A DNA stretch of 64,000 bases from Alphaproteobacteria bacterium (lineage in GTDB: Bacteria; Pseudomonadota; Alphaproteobacteria; SHVV01), in NCBI GenBank assembly GCA_965261735.1, contig OZ253470.1, positions 4,032,001 through 4,096,000 on the forward strand, written 5' to 3'. Shown one piece after another: positions 31,188 to 40,694 of the stretch (position 1 is its first letter; the number at the start of each line of letters is the position of its first letter). The notes beneath the pieces were generated by a model, which saw nothing but the letters and a program-made list of their open reading frames with translations, ran no database searches and was not told the origin of the DNA. The position numbers were made by a program, and so were the translations under genes.

Positions 31188-32114
31188 ATGCCGGAACTCC
31201 CCGACGTCACGGTCTACATCGAGAGCCTCGAGCGGCGCATCTCCGGGCGGGCGCTCGATGGGGTCCGCATCGCCAGCCCGTTTCTGTTGCGCTCGGTGGC
31301 GCCGCCGCTCTCGGCCGTGCGCGGAAAGCGCGTCCGCCGGCTTTTTCGCCTCGGCAAGCGCATCGTCATTGGCCTCGATGACGACCTTTTTCTCATCCTC
31401 CACCTGATGATCGCGGGCCGCCTTCACTGGGTTGCGCCCGGGGCCAAGCTCCCTGGCAAACGCGGTCTCGCCGCCTTCGATTTCGCCCATGGCACGCTGT
31501 CCTTCACCGAGGCCGGATCGAAGAGGAGGGCCTCGCTTTATCTCGTCGAGGGCGAATCCGCACTAGCCGCGCACGACCCCGGCGGAGTCGAGGTGCTGGA
31601 CATCGATCTCGAGACCTTCCGCCGCGTGCTCACGAGCGCCAATCACACGCTCAAACGGGCGCTCACCGACCCGCGCCTGTTCAGCGGCATCGGCAACGCC
31701 TACTCGGACGAGATCCTTCATCGCGCCCGGCTCTCGCCGCTCAAATGGACGCGCAAGCTAGATGCAGAGGAGAGTGCCCGGCTCCACGCGGCGGTGCGCG
31801 AGACGTTGGCCGACTGGATCGAGCGCCTGCGCACGGAGGCGGGCGAGGCTTTCCCCGAGAAGGTTACCGCCTTCCGTAAGGACATGGCCGTCCATGGTCG
31901 CTACGGCCAGCCCTGTCCGACCTGTGGCGCACCGGTGCAGCGCATCGTCTACGCCTCGACCGAGACGAATTATTGTGCGACTTGTCAGACTGGCGGCAAG
32001 CTGCTCGCCGACCGCGCCCTATCGCGCCTCCTCAAGAAGGACTGGCCGCAAACCCTGGAGGAGCTCGAGGAAACCCGAGATGCGGTCCGCGCGGTGAATC
32101 GGGGCGGCCCTTGA
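31188..32114 (+). CDS. Fpg/Nei-family DNA glycosylase/AP lyase (divergent Fpg type)
   Basis: N-terminal [15 protein letters not shown]2[14 protein letters not shown], zinc finger CPTC..CATCQ. Confidence 0.92.
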   Translation: MPELPDVTVYIESLERRISGRALDGVRIASPFLLRSVAPPLSAVRGKRVRRLFRLGKRIVIGLDDDLFLILHLMIAGRLHWVAPGAKLPGKRGLAAFDFAHGTLSFTEAGSKRRASLYLVEGESALAAHDPGGVEVLDIDLETFRRVLTSANHTLKRALTDPRLFSGIGNAYSDEILHRARLSPLKWTRKLDAEESARLHAAVRETLADWIERLRTEAGEAFPEKVTAFRKDMAVHGRYGQPCPTCGAPVQRIVYASTETNYCATCQTGGKLLADRALSRLLKKDWPQTLEELEETRDAVRAVNRGGP

Positions 32115-32160
32115 GCGACGAAATAGGACGGGCCATGTCGGCCGTGGGCGGGTAGGGCGG

Positions 32161-34713
32161 ATGCCGCGCAAGTCATCTCGCGCCGAGGGGGGTATCCGCA
32201 GAGTAGCGAGCGTGAACGAGCTCGCGCCCTATCGTGCCAAGCGCGACTTCCGCCGCACGCCCGAGCCGGAAGGAGCGGCCGCGACCAGGACCGGCGCGCG
32301 ATTCGTCGTGCACAAGCATGCGGCAACACGGCTCCACTATGACCTGCGCCTCGAGATCGGCGGGGTACTCAAGAGCTGGGCGGTGACGAAGGGGCCGAGC
32401 CTCGATCCCAAGGTCAAACGGCTCGCGGTTCACGTCGAGGACCATCCCCTCAGCTATACCGAGTTCGAGGGCTGGATCCCCAAGGGCCAGTATGGCGGCG
32501 GCGCCATGATCGTGTGGGACCGCGGCACGTGGGTCCCGCTCGGCGACCTCGAGAACGATTACCAGCGGGGCGAGCTCAAGTTCCGGCTCGATGGTGAAAA
32601 GCTGCAGGGCGGCTGGGCTCTCGTGCGCCTCAAGGGCACGAGCAACGTCGACAAGGGCTGGCTGCTGATCAAGGAGCGCGACATCTTCGCGGCGCCGAGC
32701 GCGCAAGCCGACGTTACCGGAGAGGCGCCACTGAGCGTCCTCTCCGGGCTGTCGACCGAGGCTATCGAGGCCGAGCACGCCGATGATGGCCGCGAGCGCA
32801 AGCCGCTCGCGCGCAAGCGCCGCAGGAAGCAGCACCCGGAGCGCCTGGTGGGCGCCAAGCGGGCGGTGCAACCCGAGGTGCCGGCGCCTCTGCTAGCCTC
32901 CCTCGCGGACGAGCCGCCCGCGGGCACGGGATGGATTCACGAAATCAAGTTCGACGGCTACCGCACGCTCTGCCGGCTGGCCGACGGCGAGGCGCGGCTC
33001 CTCACGCGCAACGGTCACGACTGGACCGACCGCTACGGGCCGGTGGCCGAGTCGTTCGCGGCGCTCCCCTGCCGGCAGGCCACGATCGATGGGGAACTCT
33101 GCGTCCAGAACGCCAAGGGCGTGACCAGCTTCTCCGACCTGCGCGAGGCGCTGTCCGAGGGCGCCACCGAAAGGCTCGTCTTCTTCGCCTTCGATCTGCT
33201 CTATCTCGACGGCTTCGACCTCACGCGAACGCCGCTTTCGGCCCGGAAGTCGACTCTGCGCGTCCTGATCGAAAGCGTCGTCGGGGATCGCTCGCCGATC
33301 CAGTACAGCGACCACGTGGCCGGCGACGGTGCCGCCTTCCTCGCCGAGGCGGCGCGGCTGTCGCTCGAGGGGATCATATCGAAGCGCGAGGACAGCGCGT
33401 ACGCGGCGGGACGGTCGAGCTCCTGGCTCAAGGCCAAGTGCGTTGCCGCCGAGCGGTTTCTCGTCGTGGGCTACACGCGCTCGGCTGCCGCCGGAGGCCT
33501 AGGCGCGCTGCTCGCGGCCGAGCCGGTCGGAGACGGGCTTGCCTACGTCGGCAAGATCGGCACCGGCTATTCGACCGGCGAGATGGAGCGCCTTCTCGCG
33601 GCGCTAGAGCCGCTACGCCGCGACGATCCCGTGTTCACGCTGGTTGATCCGCCAGGCGAGAAGGCGGTGTGGGTCGAGCCCCAGCTCCTCGTCGAGGTTC
33701 AATATCGCGCTCGCACCAGAGAGGGGCGGCTGCGAGGCGCGGTGTACAAGGGGCTGCGCTCCGACACGAGCGCGCCCGCCGTCGCGCGCAAGGGCTACGT
33801 CAGCGATGCCGACCTCGCGAGCATCTGGGTCACCAATCCGGACCGGCGCATGTTCGGCAAAGGGGGGCCGACGAAGCTCGATCTCGCCCTCTACTACGCC
33901 CAGGTCACCGACTGGATCGTCCCGGAGATGGTGAGCCGCCCGGTGACGCTCGTGCGCTGCCCGACGGGCAAGGCCGATGACGTGTTCTATCAGCGTCACG
34001 CCATGCCCGGGATGCCGCAGGGCGTGCGCGAGATAGCGCTGCGCGAGGAGGGCTCCAAGGAGCGCGCCGATTACATCTACATCGAGGACGGCAAGGGACT
34101 GCTGTCGCTGTCCCAATTCGGGGTCATCGAATTCCATCCCTGGGGCTGTCGTGTTGACAAACCGGAGTGGCCCGACCGCTTGATCTTCGACCTCGATCCC
34201 GACGAGGCCCTGGAATGGCGAGAAGTCGCGGACGCGGCGCATCATATCCGCGACGAGGTCGCGGCGCTCGGCCTGGTGGCCTTCGTCCGCACCACGGGCG
34301 GCAAGGGCCTGCACGTGGTCGTGCCGGTCGAGCGCCGGACCGCATGGCCGGCGTTCAAGGGCTTCGCTCAGGCCTTCGTGCTCAAGCTCGCCGCGCAGTC
34401 GCCGAACCGCTACACGGCGTCGATGAGTAAGAAGTCGCGCCAGCGGCGGATCTTTATCGACTACCTGCGCAACGGCCGCGGGGCCACGGCGGCGGCCTCC
34501 TACTCGCTTCGTGCCCGCACCGGCTTTCCCGTCGCGACGCCGGTCGACTGGGCCGAACTCTCGGATATCGACGACCCGGCGGAGTTCAACTACGCGAGCG
34601 TGCCGGACCGGCTCGCGTCGCTCGCCGTCGACCCCTGGCGGGCGCTCGAGGGCTCGGCCCGGCGCCTGACCCGAGCAATGGAGGAAAAATTGGGGATTCA
34701 CAAACCACTGTGA
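32161..34713 (+). CDS. ligD: NHEJ DNA ligase D (phosphoesterase-ligase-polymerase); alternative GTG start at 32212
   Basis: PE: HAATRLHYDLRLE, VEDHP; LIG: EIKFDGYR, EGIISK, WLKAK; POL: FDLDP, TTGGKGLH, IFIDYLRN. Confidence 0.97.
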   Translation: MPRKSSRAEGGIRRVASVNELAPYRAKRDFRRTPEPEGAAATRTGARFVVHKHAATRLHYDLRLEIGGVLKSWAVTKGPSLDPKVKRLAVHVEDHPLSYTEFEGWIPKGQYGGGAMIVWDRGTWVPLGDLENDYQRGELKFRLDGEKLQGGWALVRLKGTSNVDKGWLLIKERDIFAAPSAQADVTGEAPLSVLSGLSTEAIEAEHADDGRERKPLARKRRRKQHPERLVGAKRAVQPEVPAPLLASLADEPPAGTGWIHEIKFDGYRTLCRLADGEARLLTRNGHDWTDRYGPVAESFAALPCRQATIDGELCVQNAKGVTSFSDLREALSEGATERLVFFAFDLLYLDGFDLTRTPLSARKSTLRVLIESVVGDRSPIQYSDHVAGDGAAFLAEAARLSLEGIISKREDSAYAAGRSSSWLKAKCVAAERFLVVGYTRSAAAGGLGALLAAEPVGDGLAYVGKIGTGYSTGEMERLLAALEPLRRDDPVFTLVDPPGEKAVWVEPQLLVEVQYRARTREGRLRGAVYKGLRSDTSAPAVARKGYVSDADLASIWVTNPDRRMFGKGGPTKLDLALYYAQVTDWIVPEMVSRPVTLVRCPTGKADDVFYQRHAMPGMPQGVREIALREEGSKERADYIYIEDGKGLLSLSQFGVIEFHPWGCRVDKPEWPDRLIFDLDPDEALEWREVADAAHHIRDEVAALGLVAFVRTTGGKGLHVVVPVERRTAWPAFKGFAQAFVLKLAAQSPNRYTASMSKKSRQRRIFIDYLRNGRGATAAASYSLRARTGFPVATPVDWAELSDIDDPAEFNYASVPDRLASLAVDPWRALEGSARRLTRAMEEKLGIHKPL

Positions 34714-34761
34714 ACCGATGTAAGACTGTTTGTTGAACATTGACTGTCGGAGGATCGGCGT

Positions 34762-35613
34762 ATGGCTCCGCGTGCCAGCTGGAAGGGTTACCTGAAAATC
34801 TCGCTCGTATCCTGTCCGGTGCGCCTCTACACCGCGACCAGCTCGGGCAACCGCATTGCGTTCCACATGCTGCACAAGGACACGCACAACCGCGTGCAGA
34901 TGAAGCCGCACGATCCCGAGCTCGGCGTGGTCGAGCGCTCCGACCTCGTGAAGGGCTACGAGTTCGAAAAGGACCGCTACGTCGTGGTCAGCGACGAGGA
35001 CCTCGACGCGATCCAGATCGAATCGAGCAAGACGATCTCGATCGAGCGCTTCGTCGATGCCGCCGAGATCGATTCCATGTATCTCGATTCGGCTTACTAC
35101 GTAGCCCCCGCCGGGCCGGTTGCTGAGGAGACCTACCGGGTCGTCCAGGAGGCGATGCGCCAAAAGAACAAGGCGGCCGTGGCCCGTGTCGTACTGTTCG
35201 GCCGCGAGCGCCTCGTTGCGCTGACAGTGCGCGACAAGGGCCTCGTCCTGACCACCCTGCGTAGCGCGGCGGAGGTCCGCGGACACGAGGAGGTCTTCAG
35301 CGAGGTCGGTAGCGGCAAGATCGACAAGGATGCGCTCGAGCTGGCGGCGCACCTGATCTCGCAGAACGAGGGCCAGTTCGAGGCGTCGGAGTTCGAGGAC
35401 CGCTACCAGACGGCGCTGCTCGATGTCGTGAAGGCGAAGCTCAAGGGCGCGACGCCGGTGATCGCCAAGGCACCGGAGCGGGGCCAGGTCATCAACCTGA
35501 TGGATGCCCTGAAGCGGAGCCTGTCGGACGCCAAGAAGCCCCCGGCCGAGAGCAAGAGCCGGGCGCCCGCGAAGAAGGCCGCCGGCAAGGGCCGCAAGCG
35601 GGCTACGGGCTGA
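34762..35613 (+). CDS. ku: NHEJ Ku protein
   Basis: RASWKGYLKISLVSCPVRLY, VKGYE, FEDRY, VINLMDALKRSL, basic tail. Confidence 0.97.
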   Translation: MAPRASWKGYLKISLVSCPVRLYTATSSGNRIAFHMLHKDTHNRVQMKPHDPELGVVERSDLVKGYEFEKDRYVVVSDEDLDAIQIESSKTISIERFVDAAEIDSMYLDSAYYVAPAGPVAEETYRVVQEAMRQKNKAAVARVVLFGRERLVALTVRDKGLVLTTLRSAAEVRGHEEVFSEVGSGKIDKDALELAAHLISQNEGQFEASEFEDRYQTALLDVVKAKLKGATPVIAKAPERGQVINLMDALKRSLSDAKKPPAESKSRAPAKKAAGKGRKRATG

Positions 35614-35632
35614 GCCGACGCGGGATCGCGCC

Positions 35633-36736
35633 ATGGGTAGAGGCACACTCGCCGGCAAGGTCGTCGTTTTCATAGGGCGCCTCGATGCGATGTCGCAGCG
35701 TGGCGCCGCCGCCCATGTGACGAGCGCCGGCGGCGTCGTGCGGCGCGGGTTGTCGCGCGCCACGACCCATGTGGTCGTCGGCCACGCGGCCCACACACTG
35801 ATCGAGGACGGCGTCCTATCGAGGCGACTCGAGCGAGCGCGACGGCACAGCGCGCTGTGCCTGAGCGAAACCGCCTTTTTGCGAATGATCGGGGCGGCGA
35901 GCGACGAGTCGGCGGGCCCACGGTCGTTCACCCTCCAAACCCTGGCCGCGCAAGCCGGCATCTCGTCGGAAACCGCTGAGCTTCTGGCGCTGTTCGACAT
36001 CATCGATCCGCGCGACGACAAGGTCTCCTTCGCCGACCTCGTCGCCGCCAAGGAGGTGGCGCGGCTGCTCGGCGACGAGATGTCGCTGGCCGAGATCGTG
36101 GCTAGCGCCGCGCGCATACGTGGGCACGGCGCGTTCGCTGCGCCGCTCGCGCGGGCCAGGCTGGAGCGAACCGGCGAGGGCGTCATGGGCATACGGGTCG
36201 GTGGGGTCGTCGCCGACCTCGACGGTCAAATGCCGCTGCTGCTGGGAAATCCGGGGAACCCCACCGTCCAGGAGCTTTACGAGGCCGCCGAGGCCGCGGA
36301 GGAGGCGGGTGATGAGGATGCCGCAGAGCAGGCCTATCGTCGCTGCCTCGACCTCGACCCGCGCGAGCCGACCGCGGCCTTCAACCTAGGCAACATCTAT
36401 CGCAACGGAGGCCGCATCACACAGGCCCGGCTATGCCTGCACTTTGCGGTCGTGATCGATCCCGGCTTCGCCGAGGCCTGGTACAACCTCGCGAGCCTGG
36501 AAGACGAGGCGGGGAACATTGCTGAGGCCAGGGCGCACCTCGAGAAGGCGGTCGCCGCGGACGCGACGTACGCGGACGCGCTCTACAACCTCGCAAATTT
36601 GTGCTTTCGCGAGGGCGCCTACGCTGAGGCGGTTAACTATTGGCAGCGCTACCTGAGCGTCGATTCCGAGAGCGCCTGGAGCCAAAAGGCGCGCGACGGC
36701 CTCGCCCTGTGCCGGCGCCAATTGCAGGGCGCCTGA
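35633..36736 (+). CDS. BRCT + MerR-like wHTH + TPR protein
   Basis: N-terminal GKVVVFIGRL..MS..A..V.SAGG.V...LSRATTHVVVG..LSETAFLRMI matches the LigA-type BRCT pattern; C-terminal TPRs AFNLGN, AEAWYNLA, ADALYNLA. Confidence 0.75.
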   Translation: MGRGTLAGKVVVFIGRLDAMSQRGAAAHVTSAGGVVRRGLSRATTHVVVGHAAHTLIEDGVLSRRLERARRHSALCLSETAFLRMIGAASDESAGPRSFTLQTLAAQAGISSETAELLALFDIIDPRDDKVSFADLVAAKEVARLLGDEMSLAEIVASAARIRGHGAFAAPLARARLERTGEGVMGIRVGGVVADLDGQMPLLLGNPGNPTVQELYEAAEAAEEAGDEDAAEQAYRRCLDLDPREPTAAFNLGNIYRNGGRITQARLCLHFAVVIDPGFAEAWYNLASLEDEAGNIAEARAHLEKAVAADATYADALYNLANLCFREGAYAEAVNYWQRYLSVDSESAWSQKARDGLALCRRQLQGA

Positions 36737-36760
36737 GCATCATGCGATCGGGAGGGTTCG

Positions 36761-37480
36761 GTGGCGGTTGAGCTCCGCGCCGGTGCGAGCGGCTACGCCT
36801 ACAAGGCCTGGAAGGGCAGCTTCTACCCCGAGAAGATTCCCGATGCGGACCTTCTCGCGTTCTACGCCGAGCGACTGCCGGCGGTCGAGATCAACAACAC
36901 CTTCTACCGGCTACCCAAGGCGTCAGTGCTCGCCGGCTGGGCCGAGCAGACCCCGGCGAGCTTCCGGTTCGCGATCAAGGCCTCGCAGCGCATCACGCAT
37001 AGGAGCCGGCTTAAGGACTGCGCCGACACCGTCGCCTACCTGTTCGAGTGTATCGCGGAACTCGGCGACAAGGCGGGCCCGGTGCTATTCCAACTGCCGC
37101 CCAACCTCAAGAAGGACCTGGCGCGGCTTAATGATTTTCTCGCTATCCTGCCCGCGGATCGGCGCGCGACCTTCGAGTTCCGCCACCCGAGCTGGTTCGA
37201 GGACGACGTGTTCGAGGCGCTTCGCGCCCATGGCGTGGCGCTGTGCCTCGCCGAGGCCGCCGACGAGGACAAGAACGCGCCTGTCTTGGCCACCGCCGAC
37301 TGGGGCTACCTGCGCATGCGTCGCGACGACTACGAGGACAAGGACCTGCGCGCCTGGGCCGAGCGCGTGGCCGCGCAGCCATGGACCGACGCGTACGTCT
37401 TCTTCAAGCACGAGGACGAGGGGGCGGCGCCTCGCCTGGCGGCAACGTTCACGCAATTCATGAGTGATCTCCAGGGCTGA
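36761..37480 (+). CDS. DUF72 (YecE-like) protein
   Basis: GASGYAY..W...FYP, VEINNTFY, F.IKASQRITH, LFQLPP, EFRHPSW, YLRMR. Confidence 0.9.
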   Translation: MAVELRAGASGYAYKAWKGSFYPEKIPDADLLAFYAERLPAVEINNTFYRLPKASVLAGWAEQTPASFRFAIKASQRITHRSRLKDCADTVAYLFECIAELGDKAGPVLFQLPPNLKKDLARLNDFLAILPADRRATFEFRHPSWFEDDVFEALRAHGVALCLAEAADEDKNAPVLATADWGYLRMRRDDYEDKDLRAWAERVAAQPWTDAYVFFKHEDEGAAPRLAATFTQFMSDLQG

Positions 37481-37590
37481 CCCGGCGCCTCGCCTACCTG
37501 AGCTTCCCAACAACGCCTGCGCCACACTGGACCCGCGGCGCCGGCCGCCGTAGAAAGAGACAGCACTGCTTGCCCGCCCGGGAGGGATCC

Positions 37591-38418
37591 ATGCGCGTTT
37601 CTTTTATCGACGTCGGCGGCGTCCGCACCCGCTACTACCATGAGGGCGCCGGCCCGCCGCTCATCCTGGTCCATGGTGCTGGCGCCTCGGCTGACACGTG
37701 GGTGCGCAATATCGACGCGCTCGGCGAGAAATTCGCGATCTACGCACCCGACCTGATCGGCCACGGCTTCACCGACTCCGTCGCGTTGGCCGGCAGGGCG
37801 CCGCAGGCGGAACAGGTCAAGCATTTGTGCCGCTTCGTCGATGCGCTCGGGCTCGATCGCTATCGCCTCGCCGGCAGTTCGTTCGGCGCCCTGATCGTCG
37901 GGCTCTGGTTCTTCGCGCGCCCCGAGCAAATCGCCAAACTGGTGCTCATCGGCTCGGCGTCGACCTTCCATCACACGGAGGAAATGAAGAAGTCCCTCGG
38001 CGGATCGTTCGCCAATCAGATCGCGGCGCTCACCAACCCGACCCGCGAGCTGGTGCGCAAGCGCAACGTCGGATCGAACTTCGACAAATCCGAGACCTTC
38101 GAGGAGATCATCCTCAATCAGCTGACCTACTTCGCGCTGCCGGACCGCAAGGCGGCCTACGAGGAGATGCACGCGGGTCTGGCCGCGAGCGCCGACTCCG
38201 CCGAATATCGCATCATCAATCGGCTCGAGGAGATCAAGCTGCCGACACTGATCATCACCGGCCGCGACGATCCGCGAGCAAAGTGGGAGCGCGCGGTGGA
38301 GGGCCAGAAGCGCATGCCCGACGCCGAGATACACATCTTCGATAAGTGCGGCCACAAGCCCTTCGTCGAGCACGCGGCCCGGTTCAACGAGCTCGTGACG
38401 GAGTTTCTCAGCCGGTGA
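37591..38418 (+). CDS. alpha/beta hydrolase, paralogue of 416/1293/21153
   Basis: LVHG, GSSFG, TGRDD, CGHKPF; GGAGG RBS. Confidence 0.87.
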   Translation: MRVSFIDVGGVRTRYYHEGAGPPLILVHGAGASADTWVRNIDALGEKFAIYAPDLIGHGFTDSVALAGRAPQAEQVKHLCRFVDALGLDRYRLAGSSFGALIVGLWFFARPEQIAKLVLIGSASTFHHTEEMKKSLGGSFANQIAALTNPTRELVRKRNVGSNFDKSETFEEIILNQLTYFALPDRKAAYEEMHAGLAASADSAEYRIINRLEEIKLPTLIITGRDDPRAKWERAVEGQKRMPDAEIHIFDKCGHKPFVEHAARFNELVTEFLSR

Positions 38419-38451
38419 AGAGGCACCAGGGCATGGGCGCGAGCTAGCCCG

Positions 38452-39597
38452 ATGGAGAAGCGGATCCTCGTTGCCGATGATCCAGTGCCGGGCTTCCCGG
38501 GCTTGGTCCAAGCAGGGCCGTTCCTGTTCACGGCCGGTTGCGATGGCCACCGCGACCTGGAAACGGGCGCGATCGTACCGGCGCTCGCCGACGCCGCGGA
38601 GGCGCAGTGCGAGAACTCCTATGGCAAGGTGTGTGCGCTCCTCGCCCGCGGCGGTGCCGGGGCCGATGCCGTGGTACGTCTCGACCATTACGTGAGCAGC
38701 CAGGAGTGGCTGCTGCGCCGCGGCCCCATTCGCGCCCGCATCTTCGGAGCCCCGGCGCCGCTGGCGAGCACCGGCGTGGCCGCCAAGATGGCCGGCATCA
38801 ACATGCTGACCACGGCGGCGATTGCGGTCACGAACAGCGACGACAAGCGCGTCCTGGTGCCGGGCGAGCCCTACGGCATGGGCCGCATCTCTTCCGTCGT
38901 CGCAGCCGGCCCCTTTCTGTTTCTCTCCGGCATTCGCGCAACGCTGCACCCGCGGCCCGAGGTGCCTGTGCCGGAGGAGACGCCCGAGGCCTTCGGCGCT
39001 CAAACCCGGCTCAGCTACCGCATTATCGCCGAGATCCTGGCGGAAGTGGGCGCCGAACCGGCGCACATCATCCGGCTCGAGCGCTACATTCGTGACCGAG
39101 CGTGCATCGGGGAGGAGGAGGAAGCGTGCCGCGACGTCCTTGGCGCGGTGTCGTGCGCGAGCACCACGATCGCCCTGCCGCTCGGCATGCGCGGGGAGGT
39201 CGAGATCACGACGCTCGCCGCGGCACCCGGCACGGACAAGGAGATCCTCGGCGATGAAGGCGACCCTACGGTCATTCGCTGTGGCGGCTTCGTTTTCGTC
39301 GGCGCGTGCTTCGGCATGGCGGCGCACACAGGCGGCCCTCCGTGGACCGAGCTAGCTAGCAACACGGAAGCGCAGGTCGAGAATGCGCTCGCAGTTCTAA
39401 AGGCGCGCCTCGAGGGTGCAGGTAGCGGCCTCGATCGGGTCGTCCGGCTCGACGCCTACCTGCGTGACCCCAACGTTGCCGAGCGGTTCTATACCCTGCT
39501 GCGGCACGCCTTTGGCGCGCATGCCCCCGTCGTCGTCCTCGCCGGCGCCGAGCTCGAAGGTATCGGCGAAGTGATGCTGAACGCCATTGCCTGCTAG
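38452..39597 (+). CDS. protein with three tandem Rid/YjgF domains (divergent)
   Basis: recurring AGPFLFTAG / AGPFLFLSG / CGGFVFVG and VVRLDHYV / IIRLERYI / VVRLDAYL at a period of 125-131 aa. Confidence 0.75.
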   Translation: MEKRILVADDPVPGFPGLVQAGPFLFTAGCDGHRDLETGAIVPALADAAEAQCENSYGKVCALLARGGAGADAVVRLDHYVSSQEWLLRRGPIRARIFGAPAPLASTGVAAKMAGINMLTTAAIAVTNSDDKRVLVPGEPYGMGRISSVVAAGPFLFLSGIRATLHPRPEVPVPEETPEAFGAQTRLSYRIIAEILAEVGAEPAHIIRLERYIRDRACIGEEEEACRDVLGAVSCASTTIALPLGMRGEVEITTLAAAPGTDKEILGDEGDPTVIRCGGFVFVGACFGMAAHTGGPPWTELASNTEAQVENALAVLKARLEGAGSGLDRVVRLDAYLRDPNVAERFYTLLRHAFGAHAPVVVLAGAELEGIGEVMLNAIAC

Positions 39598-39640
39598 CAT
39601 AGCTCCGCGACGCTATTCTCGACCCGCGAGGTCCCAACGG

Positions 39641-40639
39641 ATGAACGATCAAGCCACCAAGCCTGAAGCCGTGCGTTACGCTCCGAGGCGCCTTGGCCAC
39701 ATCAACCTGTTCATCGGCGAACTCGCCCGCTCGCTCGATTTCTACACCAAGGTGTGTGGCTTGGAGATCACGGCCCTGGAGCCTCAGATCGGCGCCGGCT
39801 TCCTGTCGAACGGCAACACCCATCACGACATCGGTATGGTCGAGGTCAAGGACTACGCGGAACGCGCACGCAAACGCACGGGTGAGCCGCAGGACAAGGG
39901 CTACCAGCCCGGGCTCAATCATTTCGGCTGGGAGATGGAGAACGAGGCCGAGCTCGTGGCCGCCCATTTCCGCGCGGTGGCGGCGGGAATCACGCCGCGC
40001 ATAACCGACCAGGGCACGAGCCGTAGCAATTACATCTACGATGACGACGGCACGCTCCATCAGTTCTACGCCGATCAGATCAAGGACTGGCGGACGGTCT
40101 TCACGGGCGGACAGACCGAGCTTCACGCCAATCCGCCCTGGGTACCGGGGGCGGAGGAGCCCAGCACCGACGCGCGCTACGATCCCGACCCGGAGATCCG
40201 GCGCGTCAGCGATGCGCCCCTGCACCCGATCCGGGTGACACATGGCGTCCTCGTCTCGCCCGATTTCGCCAACAGCCTGCGCTTCTACACCGAGACAGCC
40301 GGATTCCGGCCGGTCCATACGGCCCAGGGCGCCAGCTTTGCCTACCTGTCGGGCGTGGCTTCGGCGTACGATATCATCCTGTTCGCGGCCGGTGGCGACC
40401 GGGAGCCCGGCTTCCATCGTATCGCCTTCGAGGTCGATGGCGCCGACGATCTCGGGGTTGCGGCCGACGATCTGCGCGCGCTCGGGGTCGAGGTAATTCG
40501 CGAGTACGACACCGCGCACAAGCGGAGCCTCGTGATCGCCGATCCGGACGGAACGAAGCTCGAGTTCTTCATACGCCGCGACGGATCGTTCGCCGCGGTC
40601 GCCGCTGCCGCCGGCGAGGAGCAGCTTCTGCTCGCCTGA
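39641..40639 (+). CDS. two-domain VOC protein, paralogue of 3339..4301
   Basis: RRLGHIN, GFLSNGNTHHDIGMVE identical to the paralogue, GLNHFGWE, YDPDPEIRR. Confidence 0.85.
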   Translation: MNDQATKPEAVRYAPRRLGHINLFIGELARSLDFYTKVCGLEITALEPQIGAGFLSNGNTHHDIGMVEVKDYAERARKRTGEPQDKGYQPGLNHFGWEMENEAELVAAHFRAVAAGITPRITDQGTSRSNYIYDDDGTLHQFYADQIKDWRTVFTGGQTELHANPPWVPGAEEPSTDARYDPDPEIRRVSDAPLHPIRVTHGVLVSPDFANSLRFYTETAGFRPVHTAQGASFAYLSGVASAYDIILFAAGGDREPGFHRIAFEVDGADDLGVAADDLRALGVEVIREYDTAHKRSLVIADPDGTKLEFFIRRDGSFAAVAAAAGEEQLLLA

Positions 40640-40694
40640 GTCGGATCGGCGCGATCCGTCCAATAACAAGAATGCGTGACCGGGAGGAGGGACC

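Noticed and set aside
34711-34740. EcfG-type promoter or LexA box upstream of ku (TGAAC-N16-GTT)
   Set aside because: Spacing is about 1 nt short of GGAAC-N17/18-GTT and there is no GAAC-N7-GAAC; too weak to call
33613-36192. 859-aa minus-strand ORF
   Set aside because: Antisense to ligD, ku and the TPR gene; Arg/Ala-rich with no recognisable domain
37330-39327. 665-aa minus-strand ORF
   Set aside because: Shadow of the hydrolase and triple-Rid genes
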